A DNA stretch of 64,000 bases from Acidimicrobiia bacterium (GTDB lineage: Bacteria; Actinomycetota; Acidimicrobiia; Spongiisociales; ZC4RG35): contig JBGTEJ010000055.1 of assembly GCA_041747855.1 (NCBI GenBank), positions 77,930 to 141,929 of the forward strand. Reading direction: 5' to 3'. The notes beneath the pieces were generated by a model. It had not been told where the DNA came from, ran no database searches, and worked only from the letters and a program-made list of their open reading frames with translations. The position numbers and the translations under genes are program-made. The number at the start of each line of letters is the position of its first letter. The first letter of the stretch is position 1. Of this stretch, positions 37,304 to 46,558 are shown piece by piece.

Positions 37304-39879
37304 GCAGGATCATCTTTGTCACCACAGAACTCGATCCGGAAAGGCCGGGGGGAGCAGGAGTCGTCGTCGACGCTCTGGCACGTCACCTTGGCGAGAGTCG
37401 GTCGTCCGTAGTCCTGCTGTTGGGATCTGAGCCAATAGAAGTGGCACCGAGAAGTCCGGTAAGGGTGGTCACCGCCACGATCCCCGAAACCGGTTTCCTG
37501 GAAAGGTCGCAGGCCACGGCCGAGGCTCTTAGCGACTTAGTCGAACCCGGTGACCGTGTCGAGTTCCACGACTTCGAAGGTATCGGTTTCCACTCCCTGC
37601 TCGACAGGCCCCGTTACGGCATGGATCAAGCTGTTGTCAGCGTCCGCTTCCACGGTCCGTACGACCTCTTGGCCGAAGCTATGGAGACCCGCCCGGACGA
37701 CTGGGACATCCCGATAGCCATGGAGCAGGAGGTCTTCCGGATGGCTGACGTGGTGCTGATCCCCGTCGAAGGTCACCGCGAGACGATGATTCGCCGGTAT
37801 GGGGTCGAGGATCAGCGGATCCTGGTCAGTCCCCCACCCGTACCTTCATTGAATCGCGTGACGGGCCTGCCGTCGGATCCTCCCGTGTTCGCCGTCGTAG
37901 GACGACTCGGCGAGATGAAGGGGTCCCAGGACATGGTGCGGGCTGCACTCGCCCTACTGAACAAGGGCATCGTTTTGAAGGTTCGGTTCATTGGCAGCGA
38001 CGGTTGGAGCACAACCAACAATTCTTGGATGCGGCCATGGCTGGAATCACTGATCGGCCCTACTCACAGGGAAGCGTTCGAATTCGTCGATGCGCTGCCA
38101 AGACAGGAGTTGCCAAAAGCTTTGGCCGATGTGACTGCGGTGGTGGTTCCAAGCCGATTCGAGAGCTTCTGTCTGGCAGCCTACGAGGCGCGTCAGTTGG
38201 GGCACGGGGTGGTGGTTCCCGACATTCCTGCTTTCCGAGGGCAATTCGACGAACCGACAGGCGCCCTCGTCTATGACGGAACTGTGGAAGGACTGGCCTC
38301 TGCTCTGAAACGCCTGATCACAGAGCCGGGAGTGGCGATAGATCTGGGACGAAGTGGGACACCAACGCTGGCCGATCCATGGCGCGCTTACTCAGCGGCA
38401 CCACCCGTGAGACACCCACGTTCTCAGGGCGGACTGGCGACATCAGCGGTCAAGCACATCGAGGCTGTGATGAAGGCTGCCATACCCCCACCTTCACTGA
38501 TCCAAAGGATCTACAAGGTGACACCGCCCCGTCTCGTGAGCATCGCATACAAGGTTTTCCCCCGATCACTGCAACGTTGGATTGCGGAGCGAGCGTCATG
38601 GCATAACGAGTTGGAACGGCGAGAACTGGAGAGCGAACTCTCGGTCTACGTGGATGCGGAGCGGGAAGCCCTTGAATCACGACTTCTAACCGTCAAGGCA
38701 CGAATCGCGGCCGGGGAATTCGAGGAACTCAACGAACCACAGGTGACAGTTGTGATCCCATTCTTCAACGCCGTTGAGTTCATCGACGAGACATTGGCCT
38801 CTGTTTACGAGCAGGACTTTCCATCCTGGGAGATGGTTCTCGTGGACGACGGGTCGACCGATCCTGCCTCTCTCTCATACCTGAGAAGGCTCAAGAGACC
38901 AAGACTGAACGTCATCCGTCAGGCGAACAGGGGGCTTTCCGGTGCGCGCAACACGGGCTTCAAGATGGCACGCGGCAAGTATGTCGTCCCACTCGACGCC
39001 GACGACCAGATCGACCCCACGTACCTGACCAGAATGGTTGCCGCACTCGAGTCCAACCCACGCGCCGGGTTTGCTCACTGTTATGCGCGGCTCCACCATG
39101 ATATCGACGCTCTGTTTCTGACCAGACCGTTCAACCAGTACTGGCAACTCCTCAGCAACGATATAGCTTTTGGCCTGGTACGACGGGACGCATGGGAACA
39201 GGTGGGCGGATACAACGAAGTGGCGTTCTCGAAGGGTCATGAGGATTGGGAGTTCTGGCTACGACTGGCAGGGAGCGGATGGGAACAGGTCCATGTTCAC
39301 GAAGTCCTCTACAAGTACCGGAAGCACGGGGTGTCGATGAGCGTGACTTCAGAGTCGCTCTTCGAGGAGGTGCGGAAGACGATCCGGGATCTGCACCCGG
39401 ATCTCTATTCCCCCGCTGGAATGCGCCGGATCAAGGATCAGTGGTACCCGTATGTCACAGTTGTGTCGGGAACGAGGAAGGGGAGGCATCCCGACATCGA
39501 AGTTGTCGACAGCATCGGGGGCCTGGCCTCTTCGTGGGGCAAGTATGTGGCCGACGCTAGAGGTCTTGACCCTTTCCCCGCCGACTTGATCCTGTCGATG
39601 GCCGACCTCCTCGAGGCCAGCCCGAAGGCCGCCACAGCATGCACGGCCGGAGACCCACCACTCCTTGTCAGGCGCCGATGGAATCTCCACGACAGGGGGG
39701 CCAAGCCTTTTGGGACGATCACTCTCGAAGACACCACGTCGGGATCAGGGCTCGAAATGCCAACACACATCGCCCGAGACGGATGGGAGATTCCCCAACA
39801 CCTGATCGAGACCGGTCTCCCCATACAACGACAGGCACCCGAAGAAGCCGGCCGTCTGGTGGACCCGATGGAGTGGTGA
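37300..39879 (+). CDS. multidomain glycosyltransferase (GT4 + helical linker + GT2)
   Basis: GT4: VGRLGEMKG, VPSRFESFCLAAYEA. GT2: VTVVIPFFN, VDDGSTD, NRGLSGARNTG, LDADD, HEDWEFW. TTGA overlap with upstream gene. Confidence 0.92.
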   Translation: MSRIIFVTTELDPERPGGAGVVVDALARHLGESRSSVVLLLGSEPIEVAPRSPVRVVTATIPETGFLERSQATAEALSDLVEPGDRVEFHDFEGIGFHSLLDRPRYGMDQAVVSVRFHGPYDLLAEAMETRPDDWDIPIAMEQEVFRMADVVLIPVEGHRETMIRRYGVEDQRILVSPPPVPSLNRVTGLPSDPPVFAVVGRLGEMKGSQDMVRAALALLNKGIVLKVRFIGSDGWSTTNNSWMRPWLESLIGPTHREAFEFVDALPRQELPKALADVTAVVVPSRFESFCLAAYEARQLGHGVVVPDIPAFRGQFDEPTGALVYDGTVEGLASALKRLITEPGVAIDLGRSGTPTLADPWRAYSAAPPVRHPRSQGGLATSAVKHIEAVMKAAIPPPSLIQRIYKVTPPRLVSIAYKVFPRSLQRWIAERASWHNELERRELESELSVYVDAEREALESRLLTVKARIAAGEFEELNEPQVTVVIPFFNAVEFIDETLASVYEQDFPSWEMVLVDDGSTDPASLSYLRRLKRPRLNVIRQANRGLSGARNTGFKMARGKYVVPLDADDQIDPTYLTRMVAALESNPRAGFAHCYARLHHDIDALFLTRPFNQYWQLLSNDIAFGLVRRDAWEQVGGYNEVAFSKGHEDWEFWLRLAGSGWEQVHVHEVLYKYRKHGVSMSVTSESLFEEVRKTIRDLHPDLYSPAGMRRIKDQWYPYVTVVSGTRKGRHPDIEVVDSIGGLASSWGKYVADARGLDPFPADLILSMADLLEASPKAATACTAGDPPLLVRRRWNLHDRGAKPFGTITLEDTTSGSGLEMPTHIARDGWEIPQHLIETGLPIQRQAPEEAGRLVDPMEW

Positions 39880-41495
39880 TGAAGAGCTTTCTCAAAGAAC
39901 TTGTCAGACCCTTCGTGCCCGAGAAGCTCATGACCTGGTACCGGCTACGTCAGTATCCGGAACACTCGGGGAGGAACTTCGATGTCTTCGTCGAAGACGA
40001 ACAGTCGGCACGCCGTTGGTTGGCAGACACGCCGGACACCTACAGAGTGCGACTCTCGCTCCCCCGAGGCGAGCCACCACTCGATCTTGTCGAGACCCTC
40101 GATTCGTCACTCCCGGTCGACGCACATCTGATCAGACGGGCGCACCAAGTCCTGGCCGATGAAACTCTGGCCGCGGTGGTGATTGGCGAGACCGTGTCAC
40201 CTCAGCTATCGAGGCGGCGAGCGGATCCGACGATCGGTCCCCGGGCCATCCTTTCCCGAAGACCAGTCTTTGAAGAAGTGGGCGGCGCTCCCGACGGCGA
40301 TCACCCCTTGGTCGGGCTGATGGCGAGATTGATCAGTGCCGGACATCACATCGGGCTGATCCCGGTGCCAGCCACTGACGCTCCAACCGAGGAACTGGTG
40401 TATCCGATTCAGAGCCACCCGGTTGTCATACTTGCAGTGGTCCCGATGCATGACGTCGGAGGCGGGGCGAGAAGCACGCAACTCGCCCTCGAGTTTCTCA
40501 GACAGGGGTGTCATGTGACTCTGGCGTCGATGTACGACGCTCAGGAGTCCGTCGATCTGGGGCTCCGGTTCATTCATCCCAACCTTGAACAGGTGAAGGT
40601 TCGGCAGTTCGATGTCGACGCACTCCAGCGACGGGTGAACGGGCCGGGGCTGGTCATTGTGGAGGCACCGGTGTCGGCGATGGTCACCCGAGCCCTCGCC
40701 CTGAAAGAGAGAGGGTGGGAGGTCGTCTACGACCTGATCGATGACTGGTCAGATGTTGCCCTCGGTGGCGACTGGTACAAAGAAGCGACAGAGAGGATCA
40801 TCGTCTCCAGGGCAGACCGTGTGTTGGCGTCTGCACCGGACCTGGTAGAACGTTTGGCTGCCATGGGAGTGAGCGCCACCCTTGTTCCGAATGCCGTCAA
40901 TGCGGAGATCTTTGGCGTCGACCTGCCCCCTCGACCCAACGACCTTCCTCATGCGGAGTCAATCATCGGGTACCACGGCTCTCTTTATGGGAACTGGTTC
41001 GATTGGAACGCACTGGAAGAGGTAGCCAGGAAGTTTCCCCGATCAGCGATAGTCGTCATCGGGGATGACAAGCACCCCAGAGCGAAGATGCCAGGAAACG
41101 TCCACTTTCTCGGACTCAAGCCACAGACAGAACTCCCCGCCTACATCCAGAGATTCGACGTCGCCATTATCCCTTTCAAGCTGAACGACACCACCCATGC
41201 CGTGAGCCCCTTGAAGGTGTACGAGTACCTTGCTTCGGGAGTACCGGTGGCCTCACCGCCACTTCGCTCGCTCAAGGGTCTGGACGACGTCTACGTTGAC
41301 ACAATCCTGGTCTCAGCAGTCGAGGCTGCCTTCTCCGCTCCCAGACCAGACCGATATAAGGTCCTGGGAACTCACTCCTGGGGCCAAAGGGTCGCTGACA
41401 TCTACCCATCGCTCAGCCCGTCGCCAAGCCGAGGTGCGGTGGTGGTCAGCCGTCCTGTTCGTCACTGGTCAAAGGGGGAGCGTTTGGTCCCATGA
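39876..41495 (+). CDS. GT4-like (GT-B) glycosyltransferase with N-terminal extension
   Basis: YDLIDDW, VPNAVN, IGYHGSL, NVHFLG, FDVAIIPF, SPLKVYEYLASGVPV, HSW. Confidence 0.9.
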   Translation: MMKSFLKELVRPFVPEKLMTWYRLRQYPEHSGRNFDVFVEDEQSARRWLADTPDTYRVRLSLPRGEPPLDLVETLDSSLPVDAHLIRRAHQVLADETLAAVVIGETVSPQLSRRRADPTIGPRAILSRRPVFEEVGGAPDGDHPLVGLMARLISAGHHIGLIPVPATDAPTEELVYPIQSHPVVILAVVPMHDVGGGARSTQLALEFLRQGCHVTLASMYDAQESVDLGLRFIHPNLEQVKVRQFDVDALQRRVNGPGLVIVEAPVSAMVTRALALKERGWEVVYDLIDDWSDVALGGDWYKEATERIIVSRADRVLASAPDLVERLAAMGVSATLVPNAVNAEIFGVDLPPRPNDLPHAESIIGYHGSLYGNWFDWNALEEVARKFPRSAIVVIGDDKHPRAKMPGNVHFLGLKPQTELPAYIQRFDVAIIPFKLNDTTHAVSPLKVYEYLASGVPVASPPLRSLKGLDDVYVDTILVSAVEAAFSAPRPDRYKVLGTHSWGQRVADIYPSLSPSPSRGAVVVSRPVRHWSKGERLVP

Positions 41496-41545
41496 CGAGC
41501 GGATGGCCTGCTGAGCGACGCCTCCTATGCTTCGACCCAGTATGA
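41492..41545 (+). CDS. candidate bridge sORF (17 aa, MTSGWPAERRLLCFDPV)
   Basis: ATGA overlap with the GT4 stop; its TGA overlaps ATG 41542 of rmlC. Confidence 0.4.
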   Translation: MTSGWPAERRLLCFDPV

Positions 41546-42081
41546 GCATCGACAACGATGTACGGGTCTTCCAGCCCGTGGTTCACACCGACGCGAGAGG
41601 GCTCTTCTTTGAGTCCTACAACAAGGCGACCTTTTCCGCATGGCTGGGCGAGAACGTCGAGTTCGTGCAGGACAATCACTCCGAGTCGGCAGCATGGGTG
41701 ATTCGAGGACTCCACTACCAGGTCCATCCGCGGGCCCAGGCGAAACTGGTGAGAGTGACTCGGGGAAGCGTGTTCGATGTGGTTGTGGACGTCGAACGCT
41801 CCAGCGCCACATTCGGGGAGTGGCGCGGCTTCCACCTCAGCGCGGAGAACCGGCACCAACTCTGGGTTCCGGAGGGGTACGCCCACGGTTTCTTGGCTCT
41901 CGCGGACAGGACGGAGGTGCAGTACAAATTGACTGCTCCGCACTCGCGGCACCATGAGCGTTGCATCCTATGGAACGATCGGGAGATCGGTATCGAGTGG
42001 CCTCTGGACGGTGCCAATCCCGTGGTGGGGAGCAGGGACTCCAATGCCCCTACTCTGTCCTCTGCCGACCTGTACGAGTAG
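41542..42081 (+). CDS. rmlC: dTDP-4-dehydrorhamnose 3,5-epimerase
   Basis: DARGLFFESYN, FVQDNHS, IRGLHYQ, QAKLVRV, GYAHGF; start 41542 or 41527. Confidence 0.96.
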   Translation: MSIDNDVRVFQPVVHTDARGLFFESYNKATFSAWLGENVEFVQDNHSESAAWVIRGLHYQVHPRAQAKLVRVTRGSVFDVVVDVERSSATFGEWRGFHLSAENRHQLWVPEGYAHGFLALADRTEVQYKLTAPHSRHHERCILWNDREIGIEWPLDGANPVVGSRDSNAPTLSSADLYE

Positions 42082-42094
42082 CCAGGAGGAGTGT

Positions 42095-42970
42095 TTGAGG
42101 GGAATCGTACTGGCGGGCGGGACTGGCTCCCGTCTCGACCCGATCACCAGAGTTGCCTCGAAGCAACTCCAACCGGTGTATGACAAGCCAATGATCTACT
42201 ACCCCCTGGCGACACTCCTTGAGGCCGGGATCAGGGACATCCTCCTCATATCGTCGCCAGACGACACCCCACGATTCGAAGCTTTGCTCGCCGACGGGTC
42301 TCAGTGGGGAGTGTCGATCTCCTATGCAATTCAACAATCGCCCGGAGGGATTGCCGAGGCCTTTCTTGTCGGCAGCGAATTCATCGCTACCGGCAACGTC
42401 GCCTTGATCCTGGGGGACAACATCTTTCATGGGTACGGTGGGCTCCCGTCGCTGGTCTCCTCCTTCAGGGATGGAGCCGCGATCTTCGGGTATCCCGTAA
42501 AGGATCCATCCCGTTACGGAGTCGTAGAGATGGGACCCGATGGCAGGGTCATCAGCTTGGAGGAGAAGCCTCACCGACCCAAGTCGAATCTGGCAATTCC
42601 CGGGCTCTACCTGTATGACTCGGCGGTTGTGGACATAGCCAAAGGTCTCCAACGGTCCTCCAGAGGTGAACTGGAGATCACCGAAGTCAACCGTGCCTAC
42701 ATGGAGAGGGGCAAACTCGAGGTCATACCCCTCGGCCGTGGAGTGGCCTGGCTCGACTCCGGAACTCACGACAGCCTCCTCGAAGCCGCCAACTTCATCG
42801 CCACCCTCGAACGACGACAGGGTCTGAAGGTTGCTTGCCTTGAAGAGGTGGCCTACAGGCTCGACTACATAAACGATGACGCCCTCGGTGCGCTCATCGC
42901 GGCGATGCCCGACTCTGCCTATCGCCAGTACCTCCAGGGTGTTCTCTCGGGTGGACCTGACGTATCGTGA
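42095..42970 (+). CDS. rmlA: glucose-1-phosphate thymidylyltransferase
   Basis: GIVLAGGTGSRL, SKQLQPVYDKPMIYYPL, LGDNIF, EEKP, RGELEIT, WLDSGT; AGGAGG RBS before TTG. Confidence 0.97.
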   Translation: MRGIVLAGGTGSRLDPITRVASKQLQPVYDKPMIYYPLATLLEAGIRDILLISSPDDTPRFEALLADGSQWGVSISYAIQQSPGGIAEAFLVGSEFIATGNVALILGDNIFHGYGGLPSLVSSFRDGAAIFGYPVKDPSRYGVVEMGPDGRVISLEEKPHRPKSNLAIPGLYLYDSAVVDIAKGLQRSSRGELEITEVNRAYMERGKLEVIPLGRGVAWLDSGTHDSLLEAANFIATLERRQGLKVACLEEVAYRLDYINDDALGALIAAMPDSAYRQYLQGVLSGGPDVS

Positions 42971-43845
42971 TCGCGATCCTCGGCGCTAACGGCCAATTGG
43001 GCTCCGCCTTTGTGCGCCTACTGGGGAAAACCTGTCTGTCGGTGACTAGGGCAGAACTCGACTTGAGCCGCCACGAACTGATCAGAACCTGGTTTGAAGC
43101 GCAACGGCCAACGGTTGTCATCAACTGCGCCGCTTACACCGCGGTGGATGCGGCTGAGACCGATGAGGACGCAGCGAGAATGGTAAATGCACTTGCGGTT
43201 GGCGCACTCGCCGAAGCGGCTGCAAGCCACGACGTGGCCCTGGTCACGTTCTCTACAGACTATGTCTTCGACGGGGAGATGGACACTGGATACGTCGAGA
43301 GTGACACCCCCAACCCCCTCAACGCATACGGTCGGACGAAGCTCGAGGGCGAACGATTGGCTCTCGAAGCTCACCCAACAACGTTGGTCATCCGCACCTC
43401 GTGGCTGCTTTCCGTGACACATCCCAACTTCCTCACAACAATCTTGGGGCGGCTAGAACGAGGTGAGGCCACTTCTGTGGTCACCGACCAGACAGGGAAG
43501 CCGACCTTCGCCGACGACCTGGCGCTCAGCTCCCTCGAGGCGGTCGAGCGTCAGGTATCTGGGGTCCTCCACCTCGCAAATGAGGACAAGACCACCTGGT
43601 TCCACCTGGCCCGGGAGATTGCAGAGATTGCCGGACACAACCCCCATTTGGTGTTGCCGACGACAAGCGAGGCGCTGGGTCGACCCGCAGTGCGGCCAAG
43701 GAACTCGGTCCTCGACAGCGAGCGGCTTTCCGAACTCGGCCTGACACCGCTGCCCTCGATAAGCAATACGCTCCTAGCAAGTCCAAGCATCGCGCAACTG
43801 TCCCCGAGCACCTCAGCGGACAGAATGAGCGAACGCGAGACATGA
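42967..43845 (+). CDS. rmlD: dTDP-4-dehydrorhamnose reductase
   Basis: GANGQLG, NCAAYTAVDAAE, STDYVFDG, YGRTKLEGE, DQTGKPT, RPRNSVLD. Confidence 0.96.
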   Translation: MIAILGANGQLGSAFVRLLGKTCLSVTRAELDLSRHELIRTWFEAQRPTVVINCAAYTAVDAAETDEDAARMVNALAVGALAEAAASHDVALVTFSTDYVFDGEMDTGYVESDTPNPLNAYGRTKLEGERLALEAHPTTLVIRTSWLLSVTHPNFLTTILGRLERGEATSVVTDQTGKPTFADDLALSSLEAVERQVSGVLHLANEDKTTWFHLAREIAEIAGHNPHLVLPTTSEALGRPAVRPRNSVLDSERLSELGLTPLPSISNTLLASPSIAQLSPSTSADRMSERET

Positions 43846-43949
43846 TCCCCGGCAACCAGGGCTCCCGGAGCGCGGCCAACTTCCCGCATCGGTCGGCCAA
43901 AACAGAAGAGGCTGTCACGGCCGACATCGAAGAGACACCGGTTCAATGA
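43842..43949 (+). CDS. candidate bridge sORF (35 aa, MIPGNQGS...ETPVQ)
   Basis: ATGA overlap with the rmlD stop and ATGA overlap with the oxidoreductase start; no internal stop. Confidence 0.45.
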   Translation: MIPGNQGSRSAANFPHRSAKTEEAVTADIEETPVQ

Positions 43950-45145
43950 GGGTGGCCGTAGTCGGAGGAGGGATCCAGGGTTCATGTGTGGCAATGGAAC
44001 TCTCCCGGCAAGGTGTGGCCGTCGACCTCATCGAGGCGAACCCGTCGTTGATGCAAGAGGCATCCCGGAACAACGAGGGGAAGATCCATCTTGGATTCGT
44101 CTATGCCAACGACCGGTCGCTTCACACGGCCAGGCTCATGGCCCGCGCAGCCGGAGAGTTCGCTCCATTGATGCGACGATGGCTCGGCCCAACCTTCGAC
44201 GAGCTGGCAACATCGACGCCGTTCATCTACGCGGTGCACGAGGACAGTCTCCTCACATCTGAGGAGCTGCAAGTCATGTACCGAGCCATCTCCAAGCTGA
44301 TCCAAGAGACGATCAGCAGCGACGACTACTTCGGCATCGAGGACGCACACTCGGTCGAGAGGCTGATGGCATCGGAGCATGAGTATGGGCCCGCAATCGA
44401 TGCTGCCTTCGCTACAAGGGAGATCGCCATCGACCCGAGATTGGCAGCCGACCTGATCGTCAAGGTCATCTCGGACAATGAAGGGATCTCGGTCAAGACC
44501 GATACAACCGTCACATCGGTCAGGGCCGACCGTCGCGTGATTGAGGTTCAGTCGCCAGAAGGGCAGACTGAGATCCTCGGGCCATATGACCACATCATCA
44601 ATTGCTCTTGGCGAAGCCGACTTGACCTCGACACGAAAGCCGGGCTGATAGCAGAGCCGCCGTGGACCTTTCGAATGAAGTACTCGTTGTGGTCACCCAG
44701 AACGCACCCCCCTCTACCCTCGACCACAGTTGTCCTTGGCAGCTTTGGGGACATCACTGACTATGGACCGGGCGGGCACTACCTGAACTGGTATTCGAGC
44801 GGACGACTTGGCTGGACGAACAACTTGGTTCCACCACCATGGCCATCCCGCCCCGACTCCGAGCTTGGTGCGCAAGTCGCCTCAGGCACAATTAGCAACT
44901 TGGCGTCTGTCGTTCCGCGGATCGAGGACCTGCGGAGTGAGCTGCTCGATGACTCGGATGTGAGAGGTGGGGTCATCTTCTCTCGCGGGGATACGGATGT
45001 GGACGACCCAGACAGCATGTTTCATCGCAGGTCGAATGTGGGTGTGCGATCGACAGGAAACTACCACTCGATCGATACGGGGAAGTACACCAGTGCACCC
45101 TTGTTCGCGGTGGAAGTAGCGAGTCGAGTGTTGTCGTCTAGATGA
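43946..45145 (+). CDS. FAD-dependent oxidoreductase (DAO-like)
   Basis: VAVVGGGIQG, ASRNNEGKIHLGFVY, YDHIINCSW, TGKYTSAP. Confidence 0.88.
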   Translation: MRVAVVGGGIQGSCVAMELSRQGVAVDLIEANPSLMQEASRNNEGKIHLGFVYANDRSLHTARLMARAAGEFAPLMRRWLGPTFDELATSTPFIYAVHEDSLLTSEELQVMYRAISKLIQETISSDDYFGIEDAHSVERLMASEHEYGPAIDAAFATREIAIDPRLAADLIVKVISDNEGISVKTDTTVTSVRADRRVIEVQSPEGQTEILGPYDHIINCSWRSRLDLDTKAGLIAEPPWTFRMKYSLWSPRTHPPLPSTTVVLGSFGDITDYGPGGHYLNWYSSGRLGWTNNLVPPPWPSRPDSELGAQVASGTISNLASVVPRIEDLRSELLDDSDVRGGVIFSRGDTDVDDPDSMFHRRSNVGVRSTGNYHSIDTGKYTSAPLFAVEVASRVLSSR

Positions 45146-46554
45146 GACCCGGAGTCTTTATCGCCATGCCTGTCTACTTGGGCACCGAGTTCATCGAGGA
45201 GTCGATTCGGTCGATTCTGGCCCAGACGTTCGAAGACTTTCATCTGGTCATGAGTGTCGACGGCGACGACGACCAGACTATCGAAGTCTGCCGGAAGTAC
45301 AGCGACGACCCAAGGGTCGATGTGGTCGTCCAAGAACAGCGTCTTGGATGGCCGGGCAACTTCAACTGGCTGGTTACAAACTGCGACAGGGAATTTTTCT
45401 GCTATTGGCAGCAGGACGATCTTGCTTCGACCACCTACCTGGAGAGTCTTCGGCGCGAATTGGCCTCCAGGCCGGACGCCTCGATCGCCTACACCGACGT
45501 CCAATGGTTCGGAGCCAAGTTCCATCGCGATTCAACACCAAGCATCGAAGGGACAGCACTGGCGCGTGTAATGCAGCATATCGAAGCAATTCGCTACGAA
45601 CCGTTGCGAGGGTTGATGCGCTCGGCCGATCTCCCACGTGACAAACCGGCCATTCCTGAGACACGCGACGAAAGTTGCCAGGAGGAGTTCGTCTTCCTGG
45701 CTCACATGGCGGCAGCCGGAGCATTCATAAGAGTCGACTCGGCTATGTACTTCAAACGACTTCATACGGCAAACGCCTTCGAGCGCTGGCTGCACTTCCC
45801 GGAGTGGCGACGGAGGAGAGGTTGGATTTCGATGGGGGCAGGCATGTACGACATCGCCCGATCGGTCGCCCCTGATGAACTGTCCGTTCCGACTCTTGCG
45901 CAGATCTTGGATCGTCTGGCTGTCAATCGCCTGGGTCGCGGGTACTTCTATCTCCCACCGCAGTCTCCGGAGGAACAGATGCGATTGACACGGGACTTCG
46001 TGGCGTATGCAGGTCTCGACCGGGCAGAACTGGGTGTGAGCAACGTTCAAACTCGAGGGTTGGAGCGCCCCGTCGCTAGAGGAATCATCGATGGCCTCGA
46101 GTATCAAAAGCAGGCATTCGAGGAACTGGAGGTGATCGCCGACTCGCTGTCCAATCTCGGCACTGTCACTCTCGAAATGGGCCAAGGAGTTGGGACTTGT
46201 CTCCTTGGCTATGGCTGGAGCAACCCGGAGCCCTGGGGCGTATGGACCGAGAGTGACGAGGCGACTCTCAACATTCCTGCTCCACCGGGACGGAAGTGGG
46301 AAGCCCTGCTCACTGGACGCGCACTGGGTTCAGAGGGCACGTGGACGATTGGCTCGGGCACGGAAGACGGCCGGGTCAGGTATCAGTCATTCGAATTGCC
46401 CACCAGAATCGAGGTAGCGGTTCACTCCGACGGAACTGCTGGCTCCATTCGACTTGAGCTTCCAAGTGCAACCTCGCCTTCCAGCCTCGGGTTGTCCAGT
46501 GACACCAGATTCCTCGGGTTTGGACTGGAACAACTTCAGATCAGCCTCGAATAG
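45142..46554 (+). CDS. GT2 glycosyltransferase with C-terminal beta-sandwich domain
   Basis: IAMPVY, SILAQTF, RLGWPGNFN, YWQQDD; C-terminal GWSNPEPWGVWT...DTRFLGFGL. Confidence 0.88.
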   Translation: MRPGVFIAMPVYLGTEFIEESIRSILAQTFEDFHLVMSVDGDDDQTIEVCRKYSDDPRVDVVVQEQRLGWPGNFNWLVTNCDREFFCYWQQDDLASTTYLESLRRELASRPDASIAYTDVQWFGAKFHRDSTPSIEGTALARVMQHIEAIRYEPLRGLMRSADLPRDKPAIPETRDESCQEEFVFLAHMAAAGAFIRVDSAMYFKRLHTANAFERWLHFPEWRRRRGWISMGAGMYDIARSVAPDELSVPTLAQILDRLAVNRLGRGYFYLPPQSPEEQMRLTRDFVAYAGLDRAELGVSNVQTRGLERPVARGIIDGLEYQKQAFEELEVIADSLSNLGTVTLEMGQGVGTCLLGYGWSNPEPWGVWTESDEATLNIPAPPGRKWEALLTGRALGSEGTWTIGSGTEDGRVRYQSFELPTRIEVAVHSDGTAGSIRLELPSATSPSSLGLSSDTRFLGFGLEQLQISLE

Positions 46555-46558
46555 ACCA

